A stretch of DNA of 64,000 bases, from the NCBI GenBank assembly GCA_963830915.1, contig CAWHOE010000006.1, forward strand, positions 192,001 to 256,000, in the 5' to 3' direction. Shown piece after piece: positions 9,985-21,143 of the stretch. Position numbers and translations under genes: made by a program. Each line of letters begins with the position of its first letter. Position 1 is the first letter of the stretch. The notes below the pieces were generated by a model. That model did no database searches, had not been told where the DNA came from, and saw nothing but the letters and a program-made list of their open reading frames with translations. Source of the DNA: a candidate division FCPU426 bacterium (GTDB lineage Bacteria > Oederibacteriota > Muellerivitia > Muellerivitales > Muellerivitaceae).

Positions 9985-11340
9985 TCAATGGATCTGATTG
10001 TGGAATTTCTCCAGATAGATGTTCCAAAAATCCATCACGACCGCCAGGGCCATGAGCCCCACCAGAAGGAAAAAACCGACCTGTTGATAGGCCATCTGGA
10101 TACGGACCGAGACGGGCTTGCGTTTAAGCCCCTCGACCACGCAAAGGACGATCTGTCCCCCATCGACCACCGGAATGGGAAGGAGGTTCATGATGCAAAG
10201 CACCAAGGAAATGAAGGACACGATATTGCAGAACTCGATGAGGCCTAGGGACGCCCTTTGGTACATCAGGCGCATGATGGTGACCGGCCCCCCAATGGAG
10301 TCTTTCAGGGATATCTTTCCCGTGACCATTTCCCATAGTGCCCCCAGATAAAGACCACAAGTGGAAGTGATCTTGCGGCCCGCAGATAAAAAGGCCTCGC
10401 CAAACCCCAATTTCCTTATGTCGAATCTTTGAGGATCGATAGGGGAAATACCGATATGTTTACCGGTCCCATCGTAGATCTTCTTCAGGATGATGGGGTA
10501 ACTCTTGCCGTCCCGAGAAACATCCATTTTGACCTCATCCGACTTGCTATTGTGGATGAGGAATGCCAATTCCATCCATTCGGAGACTTTTTTTCCGTCC
10601 ACGGTCAGGACTTTATCCCCCTCTTTCAGCCCCGCTTTCATCGCCGGAGAGGAAAAAGGCACCGAACCGATGATCGGAGGGATCAGGGCGTAAAGACCAA
10701 GTTCAGCGTCAGGTTTTTGCAGGTCGCCCTGGAAAGTCAATTCCAACGCCTTCCCTTTCCTTTCAATGGACAAGGGAACCCCTTGTTTCGGGTTCTTTTC
10801 AAGCTTTTCGGAAACCAGGTCCAACACCGTATAAAGGTTCGTGACAGGTTGGCCATCCACCTTGAGGATCTTGTCGCCTTTACGGAAGCCGGATTGGTCC
10901 GCCATACTTTGGGGTGGAACAAATCCCAGAACAGGATCTTCAATAGGTGTTTTCTCTCCCACACACCAAAAAAGGAGGAACAGGATTGCGAAGGCGGAAA
11001 GATAATTCATGCCAGGCCCGGCCAGGAAGATAAAAACCCTTTTCCACCAGGCAGCGAATAGGAAATCTCCTGGTTCGGGGGGGGTTTCATACATTTTATC
11101 GGCAGTTTCGCCGCTCAGGTCCCCTCCCTTGGGTTTACAGAACCCCCCCAAAGGAAACGCCCGAACGGAATAGAGGGTCTTTCCCCATTTGCGGGATACG
11201 AGTATGGGGCCGAATCCCAATGCGAATTCTTCCACATCCACACTGAAGAACCGGCAAAGTAGGTAGTGGCCTCCCTCATGGATGAAGACCATGAATCCAA
11301 AAGCGAGAATAACTTCCAACCACCATCCGATCGAGTTCAT
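9985..11340 (-). CDS. rseP: RIP metalloprotease RseP with two PDZ domains
   Basis: HEGGH zinc motif, GFGP, PLGGF, NLLPIPVVDGG; follows dxr. Confidence 0.93.
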   Translation of the reverse strand: MNSIGWWLEVILAFGFMVFIHEGGHYLLCRFFSVDVEEFALGFGPILVSRKWGKTLYSVRAFPLGGFCKPKGGDLSGETADKMYETPPEPGDFLFAAWWKRVFIFLAGPGMNYLSAFAILFLLFWCVGEKTPIEDPVLGFVPPQSMADQSGFRKGDKILKVDGQPVTNLYTVLDLVSEKLEKNPKQGVPLSIERKGKALELTFQGDLQKPDAELGLYALIPPIIGSVPFSSPAMKAGLKEGDKVLTVDGKKVSEWMELAFLIHNSKSDEVKMDVSRDGKSYPIILKKIYDGTGKHIGISPIDPQRFDIRKLGFGEAFLSAGRKITSTCGLYLGALWEMVTGKISLKDSIGGPVTIMRLMYQRASLGLIEFCNIVSFISLVLCIMNLLPIPVVDGGQIVLCVVEGLKRKPVSVRIQMAYQQVGFFLLVGLMALAVVMDFWNIYLEKFHNQIH

Positions 11341-11348
11341 AGGGTTCC

Positions 11349-12500
11349 TTAGCGAATTTTCCCCGCTTCAACGCGGGCCCAGCGGTCGGCCAACAATATA
11401 CCATCGAGGTTGGGGTTTGTCAGGGGACGGTGCTTTTTTAAGGTTTTCTCGATGATTTTCGGTATTTCGGTGAAGTTAATTTTTCCGGCGAGGAAACGGC
11501 CCACCGCCACCTCGTTGGCCGCGTTCAGAACGGCCGGATAGGTCTTCCCTTTTTCCCCAGCCTCATAGGCCAAGTCCACACAAGGGAATTTGCGCCTATC
11601 TGGTTTCTCGAAATGAAGCCGCCAGGTCTTGGTCAGGTCCAATCTTTCGACCGGGCTATGAGCCCGGGAAGGATAGGTCATCGCGTACTGGATGGGGATC
11701 TGCATGTCCGTGGTCCCCAGTTGGGCCAGGATCGAGCCATCGATATATTCCACCATGGAATGGATGATGGATTCGGGATGGATGACGATGTCGATCTTTT
11801 TATAAGGCACGTTGAACAAATAATGGGCCTCAATGACCTCCAGCCCCTTATTCATCATGGTGGCCGAGTCGATAGTGATCTTGGGTCCCATCCGCCAGGT
11901 GGGATGATGGAGGGCCTGTTGGACCGATATCTTATGGAACTGTTTGCGGTCCAAACTACGGAAGGGGCCTCCAGAGGCCGTCAGCAGGATCTTATGGATC
12001 TCCCGATCCGGGGGATGACCGGCCAGGCACTGAAAAACCGCGCAATGCTCGCTATCAACGGGCAATATCTTGGAACCCGACCTTTTGGCGGCCTTGGTGA
12101 CCACTTCCCCCGCCATGACCATGGTTTCTTTGTTCGCCAGGGCGATGGTCTTGCCCTTGTGGATGGCCGCCAGGGTCGGTTTCAAACCCGCCGCCCCCAC
12201 GATGGCCGAAAGTACCAATTCGGCGCCGGTTTCAGCCGCCACCGCCACAACGCCCTCTTCCCCTCCCAGTATGCGGGTGGGGGTTTTCTTGACCATAGCC
12301 TTGAGCTTGGCCACCAAACTTTCGTCCATTAAAGCGGCGTAGCGTGGTTTGAACTTTTTGATCTGGAAAGCCAGCTCACGAATATTGGTGTTGGCGGTAA
12401 GACCCACCACCTGGAAGGCGGGGTATAACTTTTGGACCACTTTGAGGGTCGATATCCCGATGCTCCCAGTAGAGCCGAGGATAGCTATTTTTTTGGGCAT
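11349..12500 (-). CDS. dxr: 1-deoxy-D-xylulose 5-phosphate reductoisomerase
   Basis: LGSTGSIG, LANKE, PVDSEH, TIDSATMMNKGLE, NAANE. Confidence 0.97.
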   Translation of the reverse strand: MPKKIAILGSTGSIGISTLKVVQKLYPAFQVVGLTANTNIRELAFQIKKFKPRYAALMDESLVAKLKAMVKKTPTRILGGEEGVVAVAAETGAELVLSAIVGAAGLKPTLAAIHKGKTIALANKETMVMAGEVVTKAAKRSGSKILPVDSEHCAVFQCLAGHPPDREIHKILLTASGGPFRSLDRKQFHKISVQQALHHPTWRMGPKITIDSATMMNKGLEVIEAHYLFNVPYKKIDIVIHPESIIHSMVEYIDGSILAQLGTTDMQIPIQYAMTYPSRAHSPVERLDLTKTWRLHFEKPDRRKFPCVDLAYEAGEKGKTYPAVLNAANEVAVGRFLAGKINFTEIPKIIEKTLKKHRPLTNPNLDGILLADRWARVEAGKIR

Positions 12501-12580
12501 TCCGAAGCTTTCCGATCGTATTTTGGAATCAAGCGATGACTGGTCTTAAGGGGGTGAAATTATAACACCGCCCTGGAAAT

Positions 12581-12618
12581 AAAAAAACGAAGGGAATCCT
12601 AGCATTCCCTTCGTTTTT
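12581..12618. terminator. Intrinsic terminator downstream of dnaK
   Basis: AAAAACGAAGGGAAT-CCTAGC-ATTCCCTTCGTTTTT; A/T tracts on both sides. Confidence 0.85.
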
Positions 12619-12640
12619 GATCGGCTTTTGCTGGATAAAA

Positions 12641-14572
12641 TTACTTTTTATCCTTATCGACAGGCTCGTATTCGGCGTCCACCGCCCCGTCATCCTTTGG
12701 CTTCTCCTCGGGTTTGGCTCCATCCGCCGGAGCGCCTTCCGCTCCCTTTTGTTTCTCAGCGGCGGCCTTGTACATGGCCTCGCCGAGCTTCATGGAAACA
12801 TCGTTGAGCTCCTGGACGGCCTTCTTGATGGCCTCTGAATCGTCCCCAGCCTGGACTTTCTTCAGCGATTCCAGTTTTTCCTCGATCTGCTTCTTCGTGT
12901 CGGCGTCAACCTTATCCCCATACTCTTTCAACGCCTTTTCGGTGGAGTAGACCAGCGTATCTGCCTGGTTCTTGGCTTCGATATTTTCCTTCTTCTTTTT
13001 ATCTTCCTCAGCGTGCAGTTCGGCGTCTTTCTGCATCTTCTTGATCTCTTCCTCGGATAAGCCGGAGGAAGGCGTGATGCGGATGTTCTGTTCCTTGCCT
13101 GTTCCCAGATCCTTGGCGGAAACATTCAGGATGCCGTTAGCGTCGATATTGAAGGTCACCTCAATCTGTGGCACCCCACGCGGCGCGGGCGGTATACCCA
13201 CCAGGTCGAACCGGCCGAGGGTTCGGTTGTCCCCCGCCATCTCCCGCTCCCCCTGGAGCACATGGATGGAGACCGTACTTTGACTGTCGGAGGCGGTCGA
13301 GAACACCTGACTTTTCTTTACCGGGATAGTGGTATTGCGCTCGATGACTTTGGTCATGACTCCTCCCAACGTCTCCACTCCCAGCGATAACGGCGTGACG
13401 TCCAGCAATAGGACATCCTTCACCTCGCCCTTCAAGACACCGCCCTGGATGGCCGCGCCTACCGCCACTACCTCGTCCGGATTCACGCCCTTATGGGGCT
13501 CCCGTTTGAAGAATTCCTTCACCACTTCCTGCACCTTGGGCATGCGGGTCATCCCGCCGACCAGGACCACTTCTTGGATGTCATCCACGGAAAGACCCGC
13601 GTCCTTCAGAGCCTTGCGGCAAGGTTCGATGGTCTTATCCACCATGTCCATGACCAGCTGCTCCAATTTGGAACGGGACAACTTGACGTTCAAGTGTTTC
13701 GGTCCTGAGGCGTCCGCCGTGATGAAAGGCAGGTTGATCTCCGTCTCAGCGGTGCTGGACAGGTCGATCTTGGCCTTCTCAGCGCCCTCCTTCAATCTCT
13801 GGAGCGCCATACGGTCGTTCTTCAGGTCGATACCGTTGTCCTTTTTGAACTCCTCGATGAGCCATTGGATGATCCTTTGGTCAAAATCGTCCCCGCCCAA
13901 ATGGGTATCCCCGTTGGTGGACTTGACCTCGAATACCCCGTCGCCCAATTCCAGGATGGAGATGTCGAAAGTTCCCCCTCCCAGGTCATAAACCGCGATC
14001 TTCTCGTTCTTTTTTTCTTTGTCCAGACCATAGGCCAGGGCCGCGGCGGTCGGCTCGTTGATGATGCGAAGGACGTTGAGCCCCGCGATCTTGCCCGCGT
14101 CCTTGGTGGCCTGACGTTGGGCGTCATTGAAATAGGCCGGTACCGTGATGACCGCCTCGGTGATCTCCGAACCCACGTAAGCTTCGGCGTCCGCTTTCAG
14201 TTTTTGCAGGATCATAGCCGAGATCTCGGGCGCGGAATATTCCTTGTCGTCGATCTTCACCCGAACATCCCCGTTGGAGGATTCTTTAAGGCCATAGGGC
14301 ACCAGTTTGCGGTCCATCTCGACCTCCGGGTCATGCAGCTTGCGACCCATGAAACGTTTGATGGAAAAAACCGTATTGGTGGGATTGGTAATGGATTGGT
14401 TCTTGGCTACTCGGCCCACTAACCTCTCGCCGGTCTTTGAAAAACCAACCACCGAGGGGGTTGTGCGAGCGCCTTCCGCGTTAGCGATGACCTTGGGCTC
14501 TCCGCCTTCCATGATCGCCATACAGGAATTGGTCGTTCCCAGATCGATTCCCAATACTTTGTTCGTTGCCAT
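12641..14572 (-). CDS. dnaK: Chaperone DnaK (Hsp70)
   Basis: [32 protein letters not shown]. Confidence 0.99.
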   Translation of the reverse strand: MATNKVLGIDLGTTNSCMAIMEGGEPKVIANAEGARTTPSVVGFSKTGERLVGRVAKNQSITNPTNTVFSIKRFMGRKLHDPEVEMDRKLVPYGLKESSNGDVRVKIDDKEYSAPEISAMILQKLKADAEAYVGSEITEAVITVPAYFNDAQRQATKDAGKIAGLNVLRIINEPTAAALAYGLDKEKKNEKIAVYDLGGGTFDISILELGDGVFEVKSTNGDTHLGGDDFDQRIIQWLIEEFKKDNGIDLKNDRMALQRLKEGAEKAKIDLSSTAETEINLPFITADASGPKHLNVKLSRSKLEQLVMDMVDKTIEPCRKALKDAGLSVDDIQEVVLVGGMTRMPKVQEVVKEFFKREPHKGVNPDEVVAVGAAIQGGVLKGEVKDVLLLDVTPLSLGVETLGGVMTKVIERNTTIPVKKSQVFSTASDSQSTVSIHVLQGEREMAGDNRTLGRFDLVGIPPAPRGVPQIEVTFNIDANGILNVSAKDLGTGKEQNIRITPSSGLSEEEIKKMQKDAELHAEEDKKKKENIEAKNQADTLVYSTEKALKEYGDKVDADTKKQIEEKLESLKKVQAGDDSEAIKKAVQELNDVSMKLGEAMYKAAAEKQKGAEGAPADGAKPEEKPKDDGAVDAEYEPVDKDKK

Positions 14573-14704
14573 ATATCTCTCCTCTTGGTTTAAGCCCTTC
14601 GTCTTTTAATGGACCGAAGGCGCGCAATCAATCTTCAATAAAGTCGGCGGTCAACAGTTTGGCAGGAAATGCCTTGTTGGTCCCGGCTGTCGACTGTCAA
14701 CGAT

Positions 14705-15274
14705 CTACTGATTTTTCGCCACTTTGACCATTGCCGGTCTTAAGACCCGGTCATGGTGCAAATACCCGCTTTGAAGTTCTTCCATGACCGTCCCATCGGG
14801 GAACTTGTCCGTATCTTCCTGGAACATGACCTCATGGAACCTCGGGTTGAACATCTCACCCAAAGCTTTGATCCGGGTGACCCCATTCTTTTCCAGCAGG
14901 GAACGGAACTGGCGCAGGGTCAACTCCACCCCTTCCTTAAGGGTCAACAGTCCTTTGTCCATATCATCCGAGGGCAGGGCCGCTAGGGCCCTTTCCAGGT
15001 TGTCCACGACCACCAGGAACTCCTTCAGCAACCCCGTCTGGGAGAATTTAAGAAACTCTTCCTTCTCCTTCAAGACCCGTTTTTTGTAGTTGTCAAAATC
15101 AGCGGCCATCCAGACGAGTTGTTCCTTGACCTCGTCATGTTTTTTCTTCCATTCCTCGCCTTCGGCGGAAGGAACAGGCACTGGTCCCGGTGTAAAACCA
15201 TCTTCAGTTTCTGGAGCGCTGGAAAGTATCTCGATCTCGGGTTCTGGATTCATGGGATTCTCGGGCAAGGTCAA
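14705..15274 (-). CDS. grpE: Nucleotide exchange factor GrpE
   Basis: ADFDNYKKR, FNPRFHE, GYLHHDRVLRPAMVKV; lies between hrcA and dnaK. Confidence 0.95.
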   Translation of the reverse strand: MTLPENPMNPEPEIEILSSAPETEDGFTPGPVPVPSAEGEEWKKKHDEVKEQLVWMAADFDNYKKRVLKEKEEFLKFSQTGLLKEFLVVVDNLERALAALPSDDMDKGLLTLKEGVELTLRQFRSLLEKNGVTRIKALGEMFNPRFHEVMFQEDTDKFPDGTVMEELQSGYLHHDRVLRPAMVKVAKNQ

Positions 15275-16308
15275 ACTCCCCGTCGCGTGAAGGTGTCTTC
15301 CAGGGAATGGGCCAAATGTCCCACGATCCCAGCGACACGGTCATAGGCCATGCGAGTAGGTCCCAGGGCGCCGACGGCCCCGATGACCTTACCCTGGAGG
15401 GAATAAGTGACATGGACGAACGAGAATTCCCGAAGGGCGTTGTTGGTGAACTCCCTGCCTATCTCGACCTCCAAGCCGGAGCGCTCCCAACGGCGATTCA
15501 GGACATCGGCCAAGGGGCCTTTTTCCTCGACCAATCGAACCACTTGTTCCATTTTTTCCAGGCTTTTGAACTCGGGCTGTTCCATGAGGTTGGCGGCACC
15601 CTCCAGATGGATCCGATCGGTCTGGAAACACAGGGCGTTGTCGATAAGTTTCAGAACGGTTTCCAGGATGCTCAATCGTGTGTTCTTGACAGTCTCCGCC
15701 TCTTTCAGGATATCCTCCTGTATCTCGGCCAAACTTTTTCCGGAAAACCTGGAATTCAATAGTTGATTGATCCGTGTGATCTCCTTGAGTTGAACGGGAC
15801 TATCCAATCGGACCAGTTCTTCCTTGACCAGTCCGTGGCCCAGCACCAGGATGACCATGATCTTTCGGGGGTTGATAAGAACCAATTTGAAATGGTCCAG
15901 GGATATCTCATTGGGCAGATGGAAAAGGGCCAACCCGGCCAACTGGGTCATGGCGGATAGGATCTTGGCGGTATGGCGCATGAGGGTTTCCACCTCGTCC
16001 CTCGTCCGGTCATATTCCTTCTCGATGGATTGTTTTTCCCTCAGGCTCAGTTCCCGGGCCTGCATGAGCTTGTCCACGTAGAATCGATAGGCCCGGTCCA
16101 GCGGGATACGTCCCGCTGAGGTGTGGGGATGGGTCAGGAAACCTTTGCGTTCCAATTCCATCAGGACATTGCGGACCGTGGCCGAGGAAAGATCCATCTC
16201 TTCGGCGATCATTTGGGAGCCGATGGGCTTGGCCGAATCGACATAATGGCGGATGACGGAAGAAAGAATGCTTTCCTCGCGTTCCATCAAGGGTGAATGG
16301 GTCGACAA
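15271..16308 (-). CDS. hrcA: Heat-inducible transcription repressor HrcA
   Basis: PIGS, SSATVRN, PHTSAGRIP, YRFYVD, GPTRMAY. Confidence 0.96.
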   Translation of the reverse strand: MSTHSPLMEREESILSSVIRHYVDSAKPIGSQMIAEEMDLSSATVRNVLMELERKGFLTHPHTSAGRIPLDRAYRFYVDKLMQARELSLREKQSIEKEYDRTRDEVETLMRHTAKILSAMTQLAGLALFHLPNEISLDHFKLVLINPRKIMVILVLGHGLVKEELVRLDSPVQLKEITRINQLLNSRFSGKSLAEIQEDILKEAETVKNTRLSILETVLKLIDNALCFQTDRIHLEGAANLMEQPEFKSLEKMEQVVRLVEEKGPLADVLNRRWERSGLEVEIGREFTNNALREFSFVHVTYSLQGKVIGAVGALGPTRMAYDRVAGIVGHLAHSLEDTFTRRGV

Positions 16309-16347
16309 AAGATCATCTCCGAATGAATGGGGTAACTTTCATGCAAC

Positions 16348-16375
16348 ATAATAGGTAGGGTCAAGGGAAAGTCAA
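16348..16375 (-). promoter_or_regulatory. Putative sigma70 promoter of hrcA-grpE-dnaK
   Basis: Minus strand TTGACT-N16-TATTAT about 40 nt upstream of the hrcA start. Confidence 0.45.
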
Positions 16376-16421
16376 CTTGCCAAAGGCTTGTTTTGGCCAG
16401 AAAACTGATGAAAAAGTCCTA

Positions 16422-17522
16422 TCAAACCATCAAAGCTTCCAATATGCCGTTCAAAACAAAATACCCCTTTGAGGTCACTTGGTATCTATCCCTGGTTTGC
16501 TGGAGAAAGCCTTTTTGAAGCAGATCATCGAACTTTCCTTGATAACGCGCTCCCGATAAAACAGCGTACTTTTCCACATCCGCCTTCAAAACCCCTTCTT
16601 TTGTGCGCAAACCAAGCATCAAATTCTCAAAGGCTTTGGTGGACTCTTCGAGTTTTTCAGTCTGAAGGCCCACCCCTGAAGTTCGGATATATTCGGCCAA
16701 GTCCTCCCCATGACTGGTTCGAACTCCACTGACCGTGCCTACTGCCGACACCCCAAAACCCCAATAATCCTCGCCCTTCCAAATATTATGATTGTGGCGA
16801 CATTCCCGGTCAGGTTTGGAAAAATTGGAGACTTCGTATTGGACATAACCAGCGTTCCCAAGTTTCTTTTGGGCCAGTTCGTATTGATCCGCCGTTTCGT
16901 CTTCAGTACCCACCACCATTCCTCGGATCACCTTTTTGGCAAGGGGTGTGCCTTCTTCCACTTGCAGGGCATAAAGGGAAAGATGCTCGGGCGCCAGGGC
17001 CAATGACCGTTCCAGTGATTCTTCGAACATTTCCAGTTTCTGACCAGGTAAACCGAACATCAGATCAAGATTGAGGTTATCAAACCCTGCTTCCCTTGCT
17101 TTCTGGAAAGCCGTTTCCACCTGAGGCCACTCATGACCCCGGCCCAGTTGATGGAGCACTTCCTTTTGGACCGCTTGGGCCCCAAAACTCACCCGATTTA
17201 CTCCAGCTTTTCGGTAACCTTTCAGCTTCTCCAAGTCCACCGTTTCAGGGTTGGCCTCCAGGCTTATCTCAATGGTTAGACCGAACCCGGTTTTGTCCTG
17301 GAGAGCACCCAGTATTTTCGTTAATTGGTCCGCGGATAGGGTTGAGGGTGTGCCTCCCCCAAAGTAGACAGTAGAAAGCGGGCCTTTAAGATCGGATCTC
17401 TCGATCTCACGGCACAAAGCGTTCACATAAGCCGGGATCTTGGGACCCTGCCCAGCGAAGGAAGTGAAATCACAATAATGGCAGATGGACGCGCAGAAGG
17501 GTATATGGATATAGGCGTTCAA
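16422..17522 (-). CDS. hemW: Radical SAM heme chaperone HemW
   Basis: YIHIPFCASICHYCDF, YFGGGTPS, YEVSNF, HN motif; typical lepA-hemW-hrcA context. Confidence 0.9.
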   Translation of the reverse strand: MNAYIHIPFCASICHYCDFTSFAGQGPKIPAYVNALCREIERSDLKGPLSTVYFGGGTPSTLSADQLTKILGALQDKTGFGLTIEISLEANPETVDLEKLKGYRKAGVNRVSFGAQAVQKEVLHQLGRGHEWPQVETAFQKAREAGFDNLNLDLMFGLPGQKLEMFEESLERSLALAPEHLSLYALQVEEGTPLAKKVIRGMVVGTEDETADQYELAQKKLGNAGYVQYEVSNFSKPDRECRHNHNIWKGEDYWGFGVSAVGTVSGVRTSHGEDLAEYIRTSGVGLQTEKLEESTKAFENLMLGLRTKEGVLKADVEKYAVLSGARYQGKFDDLLQKGFLQQTRDRYQVTSKGYFVLNGILEALMV

Positions 17523-17535
17523 CGAATGCCTCGTT

Positions 17536-18258
17536 TTATTTCACGGTCTTGAAGATGCGATCGAAGGACGGGCGGAAATCGTTACTGTGCCAATAGATCA
17601 CCCAGGCCTTCCCTTTGATGAGCTTCTCGTCCAGTTGGCCCCAGTAGCGAGAGTCGGCACTGTTGTCCCGGTTATCCCCCATCATGAAATAATTGCCCGG
17701 AGCGACCGTCACAGGGCCGAAATTATCGCGGACCCCATTGAAATAATCACCGGTGGGAATAATGGTGGGATCGATGTGTTTCACGTAAGGTTCGTCCTGT
17801 TTCACCCCGTTCACGAATAGCACCTTGTTCTTGTACTCGATAACATCCCCCGGCAATCCGATGCAACGCTTGATGAAGTCCTTGCTGTGGTCCTTCGGAT
17901 ATACAAAAACAATGATGTCCCGTCTTTGGGGTTTATTGAACTGCAGGAAACGAGGGGTGCTGTTCCAGATGGAGTAACCATACTCATATTTTTTCACGAG
18001 GATATAGTCGCCTGGCAACAGGGTGTCTTCCATGGAACCCGATGGGATGGTGAAAGGCTGAAGAAGGATGGCCTTCAGGGCCAAGGCGACTACCATGGCG
18101 ACCCAGAGGGAATCGATGGTTTCCACCATTCCGGCGGCATTGGGGTTTTTACGGAAAGCGGGATAAACCCACAACAGGCCGATCTCCACGACCGTCAGGA
18201 TCGCCGCGGCAATGTAGAGGTAATAATTCAGGTTTTCCATAGAGCGCTCCTCGAACAT
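17536..18258 (-). CDS. lepB: Signal peptidase I
   Basis: IPSGSMEDTL, FIKRCIGLPGD, MGDNRDNSADSRYWG. Confidence 0.96.
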   Translation of the reverse strand: MFEERSMENLNYYLYIAAAILTVVEIGLLWVYPAFRKNPNAAGMVETIDSLWVAMVVALALKAILLQPFTIPSGSMEDTLLPGDYILVKKYEYGYSIWNSTPRFLQFNKPQRRDIIVFVYPKDHSKDFIKRCIGLPGDVIEYKNKVLFVNGVKQDEPYVKHIDPTIIPTGDYFNGVRDNFGPVTVAPGNYFMMGDNRDNSADSRYWGQLDEKLIKGKAWVIYWHSNDFRPSFDRIFKTVK

Positions 18259-18312
18259 GATCCAGCCCCCAACCCTAAAAGCAGGCTTATTTAAACAGAA
18301 TTTTGAGTCCGT

Positions 18313-20112
18313 TCAATCCTCGACCCTTAGGACAGCCATAAAGGCGTCCTGGGGTATCTCTACCTGACCGATGGACTTCATGCGCTTCTTGCCTTCCTTT
18401 TGTTTTTCCAGAAGTTTTCGTTTTCGAGTGATATCCCCGCCGTAGCATTTGGCCAGCACATCCTTGCGTCTGGCCCGGACCGTTTCCCGGGCGATGATCT
18501 TCCCGCCGATGGCGGCCTGAATGGGAACCTCGAACAATTGCTGGGGAATGATCTCTTTCAATTTTTCCGCGATTCCTCTCCCTCGGATATCCGCTTTATC
18601 CCGGTGGACCATAAAGGAAAGGGCGTCCACCACATCACCATTCAGGAGGATGTCCACCTTCACAACGTCTCCGGACCGGAAACCGATGGGTTCATAATCC
18701 AAAGAAGCGTAACCTTTGGTACAGCTCTTTAGCTTGTCGAAAAAATCCATGACCACTTCGGCTAAAGGCAATTCATAGGTGATGACCGCGCGGGCCGTAT
18801 CCAGGAAGTGGGTGTCTTTATGGGCACCTCTTTTTTCCTGGCAAAGGGTCATGACCGCCCCGATGTAATCCGCCGGAACGATGACCTTGGCGTCGATATA
18901 GGGTTCGAATATCTCCTCGATATAGGACGGGTCGGGTAGTTTGGTAGGGTTGTCCACGAAAACATCCTCGCCGTTGGTCTTGCGGACCTTATAAACAACG
19001 CTTGGCGCGGTAGCGATGAGGTTGAGGTTATATTCTCTTTCCAGCCGTTCCTGGACGATCTCCATGTGCAACAGCCCCAGAAACCCACATCGGAAACCGA
19101 AAGATAGGGCAACCGAGGTTTCCGGTTCATAGGATAAGGCCGCGTCCGAAAGTTTGAGCTTGGACAGTGCTTCTTTCAATTTATCGTAATCTTCTGAGAT
19201 GACCGGGTAGAGACCGCAGAAAACCATGGGAAGAACGTCTTTAAAACCTGGCAGGGGTTCGGCCGTTGGGTTTTGTTCATTCGTTATGGTGTCGCCCACC
19301 TTGGCGTCTTTGGCTTCCTTGATGTTGGCGGCGATATAACCGACCTCTCCGGCCGAAAGTGTCTCGGCTTTTTCCATTTTTGGCTTAAAAACCCCGATCT
19401 CCTCGACCTCGAAGACCTTGGAGGTGGCCATGAACTTCATCTTGGTTCCCTTGGTGATAGTGCCGTTCAGAATGCGAACAAACACAATGACACCACGATA
19501 AATGTCGAACATCGAATCAAATATCAGGCCCTTCAAGGCATCTCCGGTCTCACCCGTGGGATGGGGCACCCGAGTCACCACAGCTTCCAATATCTCTTCA
19601 ATCCCGATTCCATCCTTGGCCGAGGCCAGGATGGCTTCCGATCCTTCCAATGCCAGGGATTCCTCCATCTGTACCTTGCACCGTTCCACATCGGCGGCAG
19701 GTAGGTCGATCTTATTGATAACTGGGATAATGGTAAGTTTCTGGTCCATGGCCAAAAAAGCGTTCGCCAGGGTCTGGGCTTCCACCCCCTGGGAAGCGTC
19801 GATGAGAAGCAATGCCCCCTCGCAAGCTTTGAGGCTCCGGGATACCTCGTAATTGAAGTCCACATGTCCGGGTGTATCGATCAGGTTCATCTCGTAGGTT
19901 TTGCCATCCTTGGCCTTATAAAAGAATCGGACCGCTTTGGCCTTGATAGTGATCCCCCGCTCCCTTTCCAAATCCATCTGGTCCATCAATTGGGCTCGCA
20001 TTTCCCGGGGTGGGATGGCTCCGGTGAATTCAAGGAGCCTGTCGGCCAGGGTACTCTTGCCATGATCGATATGGGCGATGATGCAGAAATTGCGGATATG
20101 TTCCAGCGGCAC
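18313..20112 (-). CDS. lepA: Elongation factor 4 LepA
   Basis: [47 protein letters not shown]. Confidence 0.99.
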   Translation of the reverse strand: MPLEHIRNFCIIAHIDHGKSTLADRLLEFTGAIPPREMRAQLMDQMDLERERGITIKAKAVRFFYKAKDGKTYEMNLIDTPGHVDFNYEVSRSLKACEGALLLIDASQGVEAQTLANAFLAMDQKLTIIPVINKIDLPAADVERCKVQMEESLALEGSEAILASAKDGIGIEEILEAVVTRVPHPTGETGDALKGLIFDSMFDIYRGVIVFVRILNGTITKGTKMKFMATSKVFEVEEIGVFKPKMEKAETLSAGEVGYIAANIKEAKDAKVGDTITNEQNPTAEPLPGFKDVLPMVFCGLYPVISEDYDKLKEALSKLKLSDAALSYEPETSVALSFGFRCGFLGLLHMEIVQERLEREYNLNLIATAPSVVYKVRKTNGEDVFVDNPTKLPDPSYIEEIFEPYIDAKVIVPADYIGAVMTLCQEKRGAHKDTHFLDTARAVITYELPLAEVVMDFFDKLKSCTKGYASLDYEPIGFRSGDVVKVDILLNGDVVDALSFMVHRDKADIRGRGIAEKLKEIIPQQLFEVPIQAAIGGKIIARETVRARRKDVLAKCYGGDITRKRKLLEKQKEGKKRMKSIGQVEIPQDAFMAVLRVED

Positions 20113-20231
20113 TTAGTTTCCTCGTCATTCCAAATTTAGAAGGGGCATAGTATAGGGCAGGGTTTCTTGAAAAAGAAGAATGGAAATAGTCCCAGTGCGT
20201 GGCGCCCTTCACAAAACCGAGGCCTGGAAAC

Positions 20232-20265
20232 AAAAAAGGCGGCCCCTTTGAAAGGAGCCGCCTTT
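20232..20265 (-). terminator. Intrinsic terminator closing the 20279-30120 operon
   Basis: Minus strand AAAGGCGGCTCCTTTCAAAGGGGCCGCCTTTTTT. Confidence 0.85.
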
Positions 20266-20278
20266 AAAACAATGATTC

Positions 20279-21106
20279 TTAGGGAAGGAACTGGATATTA
20301 TCCAACCAAAAATCGGCAGTATAAGTACCAGCAACGTTATTTCCGGTCCACTTCCATTCAAGAAGGATCAGTTTATTCAAATGAGCTGCCATTCCAGCGG
20401 GAGAAGCAGGGTTCCCCCAACCTTCCTGATAGAGTTGAGCCCAAGTATAGCTATAAGTCACCCAACCAGCGCCAACATTCGGCCCAAAGACCCCGGTATA
20501 AATACCCAAATGATCGTTCCAGAAAAGATCATTACAATTACTCGGGCAGTTACTGCCTGGGAAACCGGTGATGGTTTGATCGGTCGCGACGCCAAATAAT
20601 CTTTGATGATATGTTGTGTCATCGGCAAGAATATTCATCTGGAACTGTATGCCGGAAAAGTTACATCCCGTCGCGCTAGCGTCCAGATATGGATGCGAAG
20701 GATTACTGCTAAAAACCGCTTGTAATTGAAGGGCCGGATAAGCGCCGCCACCTGGGTCGGTGATGGTTCCATAAAAATGGAGGCCGTTAAAACCCGTGCC
20801 TGGGGTTTGAATAGCGGCCGGAATGGGATTGATCAATGGGCTGGCCACTGAATTAGAACCGCCATAGCTTGCGTTAAGCCAATAACCATTGTCAGCGCCG
20901 CAAAGATTGTTGTTCATTGTCATACTGCCATTCTCGAAATTGCTGACAATGTCTGGCGCCATCGTTGGAATGGCGGTAGGAACGAACATCCCAACAGGAG
21001 GAATCGATGTATTGCATCCCATTGACAACCACACCGCTGTCATGGCCATCACAGCCATTAAAAAAGAATACCGGAACCATTTTTTTTGTTTCATCTTCCA
21101 CCCCAC
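20279..21106 (-). CDS. Lipoprotein with CBM11/CIA30-like galactose-binding fold (paralog 1)
   Basis: Lipobox LSMGC; VSNFENG...YPALQL...DAS...FSGIQF...CxxxCND...GWG...FWLDNIQF. Confidence 0.65.
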   Translation of the reverse strand: MGWKMKQKKWFRYSFLMAVMAMTAVWLSMGCNTSIPPVGMFVPTAIPTMAPDIVSNFENGSMTMNNNLCGADNGYWLNASYGGSNSVASPLINPIPAAIQTPGTGFNGLHFYGTITDPGGGAYPALQLQAVFSSNPSHPYLDASATGCNFSGIQFQMNILADDTTYHQRLFGVATDQTITGFPGSNCPSNCNDLFWNDHLGIYTGVFGPNVGAGWVTYSYTWAQLYQEGWGNPASPAGMAAHLNKLILLEWKWTGNNVAGTYTADFWLDNIQFLP

Positions 21107-21143
21107 TTATTCCCCCTGGTTCGCACAGGGCCCATCTAAGTTC

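Noticed and set aside
14674..14700. CIRCE element as a firm feature
   Set aside because: Only 4/9 and 6/9 matches to the consensus arms.
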